A stretch of 64,000 nucleotides of DNA from a virus. The notes beneath the pieces were generated by a model. The model saw only the letters and a list, made by a program, of their open reading frames with translations. It was not told where the DNA came from and made no database searches. Below, piece by piece: positions 30,319 to 43,000 of this stretch. Every line of letters starts with the position of its first letter. Position 1 is the first letter of the stretch. The DNA lies in IMG/VR virus record IMGVR_UViG_3300002144_000072, positions 33,112 through 97,111 of that record. The stretch is one strand, 5' to 3'. The position numbers and the translations under genes are program-made.

Positions 30319-30966
30319 TTAAACCTCCGTGAAACCAGTTAAGCTCTGTACACGGATTGTGTAATCGATCTGTAGTAATCTGTTCAATGACTTTTGCACA
30401 GGGTGGAAAATAACGTGAGTTAATAGTTTGCCTGTTCCATTGGGATTATAACCTACTAAGCCTAATTCATCAAAAACAAAGTTTCCATTCATATCGACAG
30501 AGTTGTCAAACGCCTGTTGATCAAGTGGCTCACCGTAATCTAACAAACAACTAATTAAGATGTCACTATATGTTGCACCACTAATATGACGTATTTCCAT
30601 TTTATTTCGAATAGGATCTACGTTTTCAATTGCGTTTTGATCTACAACTTTTGTATATGTTTGATTATATAAACTAGAATTTATACCCACGGTGTTTGGA
30701 GTTAGATATGTAATTAATCCAGTAGGATCAACAATTGTACCTCCTGTACCAAACGCCATTTGATAAACAGTGCCTTGCCCTTGATTACTCAAGCTCTGCA
30801 CCATTGCTACGCTCATGTTTTCATAATGAATTGCATTACGTTTGTCGATGTAAATTTCTTTAGATTCCGGATCAAATATTTTAATATGCCCTTCGAAGTG
30901 GAATCCACCAACTTCGTTTGGACGTTTTTCCGGACTCTGGGATGTGTTTTCTGTGTTTTGCGGCAT
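30319..30966 (-). CDS. Baseplate/tail structural protein; start revised to 30966
   Basis: FDELGL, THVIFHPVQKSLNR.IDYT; a late promoter at 30995-31001 lies upstream. Confidence 0.6.
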   Translation of the reverse strand: MPQNTENTSQSPEKRPNEVGGFHFEGHIKIFDPESKEIYIDKRNAIHYENMSVAMVQSLSNQGQGTVYQMAFGTGGTIVDPTGLITYLTPNTVGINSSLYNQTYTKVVDQNAIENVDPIRNKMEIRHISGATYSDILISCLLDYGEPLDQQAFDNSVDMNGNFVFDELGLVGYNPNGTGKLLTHVIFHPVQKSLNRLLQIDYTIRVQSLTGFTEV

Positions 30967-30994
30967 TTTAGTCTCTTTTGATTCCATCATCATG

Positions 30995-31001
30995 TATTTA
31001 T
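30995..31001 (-). promoter_or_regulatory. Late promoter core ATAAATA overlapping the stop of the giant gene
   Basis: Same motif recurs before several structural genes. Confidence 0.5.
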
Positions 31002-34000
31002 TCAGGTATGCTCGTGCTCTTTTGCGCAATGAATTTTGCGATCGGAGAACCGTTTTCAAGCAGTGTGACACCGTTAGATGCGGTTGTTTCGCCTCTATCA
31101 TACCATGTCTTTCCTTGTCTTCTAATTAAAGTAATACGTGTTCCTGCTGGTAATATATTAGTTAAACGTATATATGCAGCACTACCGTCCACGGAAAATT
31201 CTGCTTCTACTTGAGTATCTGCATCTGGACTGTACGCACCGTTATTCTCTACCCATATAGACTGTGGATCCTTTTTCAATCTACGGCCTGCAGCAAAAAT
31301 CTCAAGTTCGTCGCAAGGACCGTAAGTACTAGGTATAGTATCTCGGTACCATGTACTACTTCTTGATCCTTTAGAAGGTGCAAACGACAAAGGTCCTATT
31401 ATTAATGTGCTACCATCACTGTAAAAGTCAAATCTATCCTGTGTCTCATTGTAAGGAATAGTTTCTTGGTATCCAACATCAACTACTGCTGATCCGGAAG
31501 CATATGCTTCTTTAATCGGAGTACCTTGGGTTCCTCTTCTTAATTGGCTAAGAACGTTTCCAGTCTTTTGCATGTATTCGATTCTTTCATTATCAATATG
31601 AATAGCACCTGGTACGTTTCTGCTAGGAATAGGATCAGCTAATGTGCTGGAATCATCAACAGTTATAGTAGTATCATAATAGTTTAGAGCATTAGCTAAT
31701 TTAACTTCACCTTTTGCAAATCGCTTAAAGTGATATATGTTTAACATGTCTTTGCTAATTTCATAAGCACTAGGTAATCGATATATTTCTGTAGCGAAAC
31801 TAATAGTTCTGATGTTATCATCTACTGTAGAATCAACATTAAGATATACAACACCTCTCGGCAATGAAAGATAATAATCTTGTTCCTGTGTTAATCTCAC
31901 TCCGTTTTTATACACCCATACATAGCTAGGAGAAATCGGAGTTCTAGCTAATTGATATTGTACTTTACCGCCTGCTTTTTCGTCTGATATAATATCCATT
32001 GACGGATACTCAGAGAACCATGTCACATCAATTCTAACATTATCGGTTTCGTCAACTGAAGATATATTAACATCGCCATCAATCACTATGTTGTTGCCAA
32101 CAATTGAATATTCAGCTCTTAGATCATTTTCAATTTTAACAATATCGCCGATAGTTAAATTACTAAGAGTTAACACTTTAGTTGGGCCTTCAAATGTGTA
32201 GTCAGTGATAAATGCTTTTAATTCGTTGTTAACAAATACATTAATATTGCTAGGTAGAATAGATCCACCAGGTTCAAACGGATCTGTTCCTAATGTAAAC
32301 GCATTTGTAGTGCCGTTGTATACTGCATAAGTAGTATCTGCACCTTTTAATACTAAACCGTTAACTTCGACTATCATAGAGTTTGCTGCTGATCCTCTTG
32401 ATAAGTCAACGAAACTATCTAAGTCAAAACTTCTAGTGCTACCTTCAAAGTAAACAGTTTGTGTGTTAACTTTTACTATAGAAATACCACTAGAGTCAAC
32501 ATCACTTGATGCTTCTAAACAAACAATCTTAATAATGTCGCCATTATTTGGGTAGAATCCGAATTCTACCAATGTTCTACCAATTGCATCTACTACATCG
32601 GTGCTGTTTCTAAATCCTGTATCAACATATTCTCCGTTTACTGTCACAAATATACTTGATGTATAATCATAATTTGCATTAGTTAAGAATAAATTTGTTG
32701 CGCCGTCGGCGACAAATTGTTGATAATCGAGAATCTTAAGGCCGCCGATACCTAGTGATAGGATCTCTACTATTGTTCCAACACTAGGTGCTGTGGTAAA
32801 TTCTACATTATAATTTTCTAAGTCTAAGGTATAATTAACACTAAGATCTTGTTTGATTTTATCAATGTACACAAAGACTGCATTGCTTTCAATAACCGCT
32901 TGACCTATTGTATACTCCGTTGTAGTTCCGTCGCCTTCAGAAATTTTAGACTGTAATGCAGCAGATCCAGAAGGTGTATTATTATACACTTTGATAGAAA
33001 CACTATCAAGGACTTGACCTGGAATATTTTCTTCTGGGGCTGGTACTTGGTCTGGGTCAATAAACTTTCCGCCAAGTATTGCTATTTCTTCTGCTAGTGT
33101 TCCTGTTGCAGTCACATATGCATTACTGATTGCTGACAACGAGCCGCCACTGATTGCAGTATCTAACAAGTTGTCATCAGTGATTGTCACTGCTCCGTCG
33201 CTTTCAATAGGACGGAATATTAATGTATCGCCATCGATAGTTCCTATAAAGGAACCAATATCAATAGTTGCATTTAATCCGTCACCTACAAATGTTGGCA
33301 TTTCTGCATTAGGATTTGTAATCAACGATGAATTGTCATCTACTGCAGGAGAGCCGCCAACTAATAAGTCGACAACATAACCCGATACGCCTGCTAGTGC
33401 TGGATTATCTTGTGCTGGTGTATTACCATCGCCAAATATACTGTTAATAGTTGCCAATGAAGGCTTACTAATAACTGGTGCAATGTAAGTATTAAACAAT
33501 GCATAACCCAATGGGTTATTAGCAAGAATACCTGATTGTGTACGCATACTGTCACTCCACTCAGGAGCAAGACTATCGCCGTCCCATAAGCCGGTGTATT
33601 CAAACATACTAAAGTTTAACAAGTACAAGTATTCTTTTGCAATTACAGGAAATAGTTCTGGGTCTGTTTTCCAAGTTGCATCAACATAACCGCTGGGGTC
33701 AAATACACCTGCATCGTATGCTTCTTCAATTGCAGCGAACAAGTCGCCTGACTGCCAATCTGCACTAAACTCTGGATACATTTTTAAATCAAATGCAGGT
33801 AAGCCGTGCATGTGTAGTGTATGGAAGACGTGTTCAATTACTTCTTGTGCATCAATTTCGCCTATACCGTAGCCGTCGCCGGTTGAATTTAAATACCAAA
33901 CCATATCGTTAGCAACGTGTGTATCAAACAATGGAGATAAGTTCCAGCTTTCAATACCTTCATCAGTTAAGAAGTTAGGAGTATAATCGCTGCCTGCTCC

Positions 34001-37000
34001 TCGAGCAACTCGTTGTAGCGTTGGGAATCCTGCGTGATAACTGTCGCCGGCATCGCCGCTTAGATCTTTGATAAACTGTCTTTGTATTGCTTGGTTGATG
34101 CCTGCACCAGTTGGATCAGTAAACAGTTCAAACATACGTGCTACTTTTTCTAACCACGCATCTGGAACCGCTGCTTGGCCGCCAACTGCACCAGCACCCA
34201 TAATTCTTACGCCGTTAGTTGTAACTTCACGCTTGAAGAAATCACTGCCGTTGCCAACAACATCGATAATTGCACCGTTGTTATATTCTGGATCTGCTGG
34301 TTGTCCTTCAACTGCCGGTTGCGTTTGAATGTAATAAGGATCGTCAATCCTTGTAGTTGCAATAGATCCCGAACGTTTAATATAAATGTTAATTTCTTGA
34401 CCTTCTGTAGGAACATATGGCAATGTAATAGTTCCTGTGCTACCGTCGCATACAACATAGTAGTCGGAACTAGCTTCGACACTATCCCAGTTATCAGTGA
34501 ACCAAGGTAGAGCGTCCCAGCCTCCGGTGACGTCAAATGTTGTACCTTGTATTTGCACGCCGCCAAAGTCAATACCAGTCATTAATTGATTAAGTTCTTT
34601 ACCAATCATACCCGAAATCGGAGCGTAGAATTTATCAATTCTGTTTACAGCATTGAATAGCTCGACATTCTTTTCATATGATACAACAATAACATCGTTT
34701 ACAGCTGGAGATGTATTAAAACGGATTCGTCCTCTTAGTAGAGAATAACTATCTGTATTAGAATAATACAAACTTAATGTATAGTCGCTGTTAAGGACTA
34801 ATTGATTATTTTTGTATATCGTAATATCGTTCTTGTTTCTAGTAGGTGCATAATTTAAATTGAACACCGAAGTATCACCAGTTGCTATAAATGTCTGCTC
34901 TTGTACATATGCTGCATAATCGCCATCTTTAGCTACTCGATCAAACTTAATCGACATGTCAAATGTTCTTACTTTGGTATTGCCTATTATAGCAATTGCT
35001 GTTGCAGTAATTGCTCCTGCGCTTCCTACTAACAAAACAGTAGGAGCTCTAGTATATCCAGACCCTGGATTAGTTATAGTGATACCAGAAACAGTTCCGT
35101 TGGAAATATAAGCCTGTGCAGTTGCTCCTGTACCGTTGCCTTCAATTAACACCTTGGGAACTAATGTGTACCCAGCACCTGCGTTAGAAACTTGTATATC
35201 AACTATTTCATATCCATTATTGTCCGCCCACCATTTCCACGGATAGTTAGTTAACTCATTTCTATTAGCAGTAATAGGTAATACTACACCGTCGACTACC
35301 GAATATGTAGGTGGTAGATCAAAGTCAGCGATTGCAGAGTTAGCTGTTTCAATGTTATCGTATCTGCTTACATACTCTCGAACAGTAGTTCTGTAAGGTT
35401 TAACTTCATTGATAAACTCTTGATAACTTTGAAGATTATCATTTTTATAGTTTATACGTTGTTCAAATGCCCCAACATTATGTGTTGCATTTAAAAAGCT
35501 AGTCTTAAACATCCAATCAACATAGCTTTGTTCAGAAAGGACGTGTCTCATTGATGCAAAGAATAGTTTGTTCCATTCTACACTGTAGTCACCTTTGAAT
35601 ATGTCTTCTTTAACTGCTTTTAATATATTTCTTAACTCTATAGAATTTCCTATATCATACTCAGTAGTGTCAAAAGATTGGGTGTTATCAAATCCAATTC
35701 CATAGACTGTAGTATCGTATGTTGCCGCAGATATCTGGATGGTTCCATTTTGTCTACCAACTAGTAGGAATCTATCTAAGAAAGTTGAGCCTGTATCAGA
35801 AGTCTTTTCAAATACGGCCCAGCCGCCGGCACCGTATTCTTTGATCTGTATTAAATCGCCAACTAGAATTATACTTCTTTCTTCATCAAATATACTCAAT
35901 AACTCTTTAGTAATTCTAGTCTTAATACCGTATCCGGTTGCCCACCAGTCTTGGTAGCTCCAGTATTTTGTAGTGTCGTATGCCTGCGATTGGCTTCTAA
36001 AGAATACTTTACGAGAATCATCCCAGGAATATATACTCCAGAAATTATTAATTGTAGAATCGCTGTTAACAAGCACTGAGAAATAACGTACATTAGCTGT
36101 TAGTGTGCTATACTTTTTGCCTCTATTAGTCACTACTACTGTTATAATTCTACCTTGTCCATCAATATGACATGCAGCAGTAGCATTAATCCCGTCACCT
36201 ACTATAGTGATAGGAGGGCCTACATATACACCAGGGGTCTCTTGATCAAACAATTCCTTTGGTTTATATCCAAATCCCGGATCAATAATATCGATCGTAT
36301 CTAATTCGCCGTCTACGATGTTAGCTGACAACACTGCTCTTTTAGTTCTAATAGTACCAACATTTTGCAAATCAATTTCAGTATCAACTGCAACATCATA
36401 TAAATTTAAAACCTGTGCAGGTGCAATTTCTTTTGAATTTAAGTTATTAAAATCTATTAGTGTTGCAAACGGCTGCTCTAGCAAAGTTGTATTGATACGA
36501 GTGACTGCTATTTTTAATGCCTCTGGTCTGTTGATAAACATACCTTGACGGGGTCTAAAAGAAATACCGTATTTCTGTTTAGCAGGAAGTTTTGTATCTG
36601 GAACCCGGTTGCCTGTAAGGTCAGTTCCTACTAGACTATCAATCCACTTGTTTTCTAATTTCTTAGAAGGAAGACTATCTGCAACGTCTTCTGTTAATAG
36701 TTGATATTCTCTGTGAACTGGATTTAATCTTTCTAAAGAATTATTATATTTAAAATTCAATAGTGCAGTATCAGACAACATCACTGATTCAAAATTATAT
36801 GTATAGAATTTATCCGAATCAACTAACGCAATAAATGCAAGACCCGTACTGTTGGGATTCAAAATCATAGTAGCAACCGCAGAGGCAGACATCGTTCTGT
36901 CATTTCTGTTTGTCGGAGTAGTTGATTTTGATCTAACCCAGAAGTAATATGTTGTTTCAGAAATAGCACCAGTTAGTGCATTAAATGTACTTCTAACACT

Positions 37001-40000
37001 AAACACATCATCGTTTGGATATAACGGCTGACCTGATATTCCAAGGGCTAGCCCTTCGTTTGTATCTGCAACTGCTGACCACTCACTAGGTAGTAATGGA
37101 GTTCCGACCCATTCGTAAACATCAATTGATCCACCTTCTGCTAATTGATTCCAGTTGCCTGTTCTGTATGCAGTATCAGACTGCTCTGCATAGATCCACT
37201 TAGCATTGCCAACGTTCCACCATAGTTTACCTACATTACGGTCTAACCAGTTTATAGTAGGGTCTACGACTACTGCATCTGTACCGATTGTGTACACTGC
37301 AGGATCGTACGGAGTTTTAAATGCTAATTCTCTTTCTGCTAAATTAATAATTTTTCCTTTAGCAGGATCTACATAATCAATGTCTTGTATTTTTTCATTT
37401 AATACATTATCATATAATTCAATACTTCTAATTTTTCTTAGATCAACAACAGGCTGTTGCTGTGTTAACACAGTCCATGAATCTGCAGACTCGTTCTTTG
37501 AGAACATTCTTACTTTACCAACATATGGACCTTCAAATGATATCAAACCAGACACATGTAATACTGGTGGTCTGTAGTATGGTGATCCAACAACTATCTT
37601 AGATCCTACACAGTCAACACTGAAGCCAAAACTTTCGTTAGCTGATAATGTATCTTGTAGTTTTTCTGTTAATAAGAAACGTTCACCCTTTTTATCAAAT
37701 ACGTATACACCACCAGTAAACCCTTGTTCAGCGAAGAAAGAAGTTCTACCGAAGTCAAACGTAGTATCTGATAACATGTCAAAATAGGTAGGAGTTTTAT
37801 TGTAAGTATTCTTAGCACCTACTACTACTTTAGCTCCATCTGGACTAACTGATACCCCATATCCAAAATATTCGTTAGGATAAATTTCAAAACTATCTAA
37901 TTTTTGCTTAACTCTATATTCTGTGCTGGCAACGTCAAGTCCTAGTACATATACAGATCCTTGATCTTGAAAGTTGATATCTGCTTTTGGGCTAGACACA
38001 ACTAGCACAGTGCCAGTTAAATCCATATCCATTGAGAATCCAAATTGATCGCCTGTGCTTATAACTAGTCCAGAATCAATATCTGTGAATGAAGAGATAG
38101 ATGCTGCATTGATCATTTGTGTTAGTTCATATGAGCCAAACGTAGTTCGCTTATAGACAAACACCTTTCCTGATGATTGGGTAGTGCTGTCGCCGACTAC
38201 TTGCCAATTTTCGCTGCCTGCTGGCTCTTCGTTATAACTTCTGTACGTAGAATCAGCACCAATGTAAACATCGCCTAATTTATAATATTGGTGAGGATCA
38301 GATGTTGATGGATCGGAATATCTTACTACTTCACCTTCTACATATTCAACATCCGCTCTCCATAGACCTCGATAATTAGCAAAGAATTGACCGTCGGCGT
38401 TAGGAGCACCGACTACTAGTATACTAGCATCGCTGGTCATCACTAGACTGAAACCATAGTTGTCGCCGGGTTTAACAAGTTCTGCCATTTGTGTAGTCGA
38501 CAATAGTCCAGTATACGCAAACTCTAAGGTAGACCCGTCATTCTCAACTGATATGCTAGTAGGCAGCGAACTATGTGTTGAAATATCACTAACTTTTAAC
38601 CAGTTCTGTGAGTTAATCTCTAAAGTGCTGCCGTCCCCTGCTTGACCTTCTTGAGCTTGCCAGAGATTACCCTTGACTCCTTCAGCTATAGGATCTTGTG
38701 ATGCTTGCCAGACAATATCGCCGGCATAGTAAATTTCCAACGGATCGTATATGCCACGATATGCAGCGTTCTCTAAATTGCTAACAGTTGTACCGTTGAA
38801 GTCAAACAAGTAAACTCGTCCAGTATCGTTATATGATCCTACTGCACTAACTGCTAAACAATAATTTGTGCCATCATAGCTAATCGCTACTTCAGAACCA
38901 AACTGCTCGTTGTCAGCTGGTCTTGGGCTAGAGAACGATTGAACATGCGTGTAGCGTCCGCTGTTAAATTCGTAAACAGACACCATACCTTGATTATAAA
39001 ACCCTTGATCTGATATGGTTGATGTTGTGACCGGGATCAACGATGTTAACGCCCAATCGTCTGTGTTAACTGCTAGTGTAGAGCTACCGTCACCAATAAC
39101 GGTGTTAGCGTTAATAGCTTTCCATAATCTTGCTCCGTATAGTACAATGTCGTCTTGGAAATACGCAACATCAGTTGCCCACTCGCCTCGATAATTTGTT
39201 CTCACGCCGCTGGCCTCAGGGGAGCCAACTACTAAGTATCTACCGTCTGCACTTTTTGCTAGTTTGTTTCCAAATGACCCTAGTGCTATTTCATAAAATC
39301 CTGTGGGTGGTGATATAATCTGTTTCAGTTTTAAATTGTTGTCATCTTCCACATAAACCATTACCAACCCAGATCCAGGAATACTGCTGATAATCTGTTT
39401 ATTAATATTGTCATAAATTACTTTCTTACCAGCATTTACTGGTGTAGTAGTTCCGTAATCCGTTAATGATTTAGGAGAATATAATTTATTTTTTTCAACA
39501 ACTTCCCATAGTGCATCGCCATTGTTATCGATAAACAATCTAGATTTGTCATCTAATAAAGCAGCATTGCTGTCGTCGATAGATTGATAATTGTTAAATC
39601 TTGATTCTTCTAATATAGTAATTCTAACTGTGCTGCTTAAATCTAGTTCGGGATCTGCTACATCAGCTACAACTTCCACGGAGATAGTATTATTTGTAAT
39701 TTCTATAATTTTATAAAAACCAGTTAGATTTAAAATATCTCGGAAACCTACATATTGATCTACTACTAAACTATGGGGTCTGTTTAGTGTCAATGATACT
39801 GTAGTATCATCATATCTCAACACAGATTGTACACCCAAAATAGCATCTTCGTTGGCTCTGAATACTGTCCACGAGTCTTTATAGAATGTTATCCAGATGT
39901 GATCATTCTCATATACTGTGGTAATATCAAGTGTAATAATATCTTCAATAGTAGCTATTGTATGTTCGTATTGACTTAAAGACACATAACCAGCAGTAGA

Positions 40001-43000
40001 TGTTGGATCTACTTCAACTGACGTTGGATTTATATCAACTGAAAAAGGAATCGGAGCAATAGTAAACTTTTCAGATGTAATGTGATAAGTGTTTCCACTA
40101 TCTTCATGATTGTCAAACTCTTCTATTAAAAATAACTGCGGGTTTAGATTAAACTTATTTTTATCAAGCTCAACTTCTATTTCGGTAATTTGATCAACGC
40201 CGCCCATTTGTCCAGATAAAAATGCCCACTCTTCGTTTAGCTCGATACTATCAGAGCCAGAGCGACTTAGTTTACCAAATATTTTAGTAATAGCATTTGA
40301 CGTACCCTTTTCACGAATGAATCCTTGGTACAGCTGGAACTGAGTCACTGAGTCATCTGATAGATTTTGTAAATAATTTCGCTGTTGATAACCAATGGTA
40401 TGTCTTGCTAGATCTCGCTGTGCAAGATCAAGTCCTTCGGACGATACTTCGAAATAATCTGCAAAACTGTTTATTCTATAATCGAAGTTAGGAATTAATT
40501 GCTTAACTGGCGTAGAATCTAATTTAGTCCAATACGTTGCATTAAATGTTTCTGTGCCTAGTTGATTAACAAGGCTTGTCCAGTTATACGATCTATAAGA
40601 AACAATGTCACCTAGATTATAATCAGTCCATGGTAGCCATGATGTTATGTTTACATTATCAAACATAAACCCAGGACTTGTGTAATCACCATCCCAGTCA
40701 GTTGTGCGGAATCCCTGTACTTTAATTCTTCCTTGACGATACCCAGTTGTCTTATCGTAGATAATATCATTGAATACTGTTCTGTCATCAAAAATAGCAA
40801 CGTGTTCTTTTAATACATAATACAATTTTAAGTAAAAGATACCATCTGTTGTATTCACAGGCTGTACAGTTATATTCTGGAAACTTCTTTTTACATTAAC
40901 GTTCTTAGGATTTAGTGGTTTGCCATCACCTTTTAATAGTTGATAATCGTAGAATCCATCTAAAATATTATCTGCTACTCCAACAGGAATAGTTATATCA
41001 ATGTTCTCTGCTCCTGGACTAATAGAAATTAACGATCCAATTTCCCAATTATGTTTAGTCCAGAACATAAATTCTTTTGCTGACGATAACCAGTCTTGAG
41101 AAACTTTATTTTCTGAATCGTAGTTATTAAATGAGAATCCTATGCTCTTAAGATATGATTCGTATCCTAAAAGAAAATCAACAACTTGCTGTATAGAAGT
41201 AAACTTAGTTCCGTAGCTCAAACGTCTTACAGCTAATGTGTTAAAGTTTCTTCTTCTAAGTGCTTCAACTGCTCCTCGCTTAGGTAAGCTGCCTAGTTTT
41301 TGCCAAGAATTAGCATCAAACGATCCACCACTGTCGTGAGTTTTTAAAGCTCTGTAAAAGTTATTCTGGTATCTTATTATAGTACCGTTTGTATAACTCT
41401 TATCAGTTATCCAATCTAAGAAAGTTTCACTCAATCCACCAACTGTGATAACAGGATCACGTTGATTGGGCATTGCAAGATGGTAGTTAAAGTACGGCTG
41501 AATATCATCATACCCTGTAATTACCCAACCGCCTTCTGTCTTTTCAAGGATAATGCCGCTGTATGCAACGCTTGCAATAGGTGCGCTGATATTAAAAATA
41601 ATATCATAATTTTCATTTGGAATATACACATTACTAGATGTTGCGCTAGGATTTTTAGAATCTAATAAGAATTTTTGTTGTGTTTGATCAACAAATCCGG
41701 ACATTCTATGAGATAGTGCAACATCAAGATTGCCTATCTTATCCCATAATGTTTGAGGATTTAATCCTCTAGATGCTGTATAACTTATTAGATATTTTAC
41801 AAGTCCAGATGATAAATCAGTGACAGCATTATTAGTGATGTCACTCAGAACACTAAATGTTAAAGTATCTTTATGAACGCTCTGTCCGAGGTTGTTAAGG
41901 ACTATCTTAGATCTATCAAAACTGTCAGCAATGAACTCAAACGGTTTCATCAAGCACATTGCCAGAGCAACAGCAAATGGCCATTCGGAACTTGCTCTCC
42001 ATGCATACTCAGCTGGCCCAATGTCGCCAAGTACAAATGATCCAGTATTATTAATCAACGAAAAGTCTTGTGCTAACCCAGAATCTAGCGGGCTTAACAA
42101 CTGGCCGTCACCATTAACTGGTATATGTCTCAACAAGGTGGGTCTCTTATATCGGTCGTATCGGCCTGCACGAGATCCCTGACGGATAAATCCGTTTGCT
42201 AGATCTTCCCATAGTATTAAGTTTCCGCTAGTATACGGAGCTGATCCGTATACAGTTTGCCACCATGTTGGCTCTTCAGAGAATCCTAACATTTCCCACG
42301 GGCAACGATGTGGACGATCAGTATCATAGAAATATTGATACACACCTCTCCAGTAGCCTGGAAGACTTTGTGTTTTAGTCGGATCAGACATTTTAGAATA
42401 GGTATAGGTAAAACTATTCTGACTGTCAAAATAACTGTTAATAGTATAACTGATGTTGGTATTCTGAATCCATTTTAAAAATTCTTGACTGACAATTGTA
42501 TCTAATTGAGATTTTTTGTAAAGTCCGACACCATTATATCCAGCTACCATACTGTCAACATCAAAAATCTTTTCGTTGTACTGTATTCTAATATTATTAT
42601 AAATTCTATATTCTAATTCTAATAGTAAGCTATCACGGAAATCTCCGTAGGTTGCTGTAATGCTACCGTCGTGACCTTGTAGTACCTCTCTAGGGTCTGC
42701 ATAGGTATCGTCAATAAAAATCATCGGAGTAAATTTTTTGTATAATCCCATTACCGTCGGCGTTGGAGGAATATGATTTACTGCTGTAGATGAATATTCT
42801 CTAATCTCTACAATATCATTTCTGGACAAGTCTACTAATAATTGAATAAATCCAAATGTAGAATTAAATGTATAATCTCGAGTGTTTAGTAATTGTGTGC
42901 CATTTAGGTAGACGTATACTGCTGTTCTGTTAAGAGTTATTAAATCAAATTTTGCTGACAAGGCAAATACCTTAATGCCAGCATCGTCAACAGTGTAATT

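Noticed and set aside
30967-31101. N-terminal extension of the 30319-31101 ORF
   Set aside because: It overlaps the giant gene; the late promoter and RBS position favour the ATG at 30966.
33345-34330. Intein in the giant baseplate protein
   Set aside because: There is no C/S N-terminal or HN-C/S/T C-terminal splice motif and no LAGLIDADG blocks.
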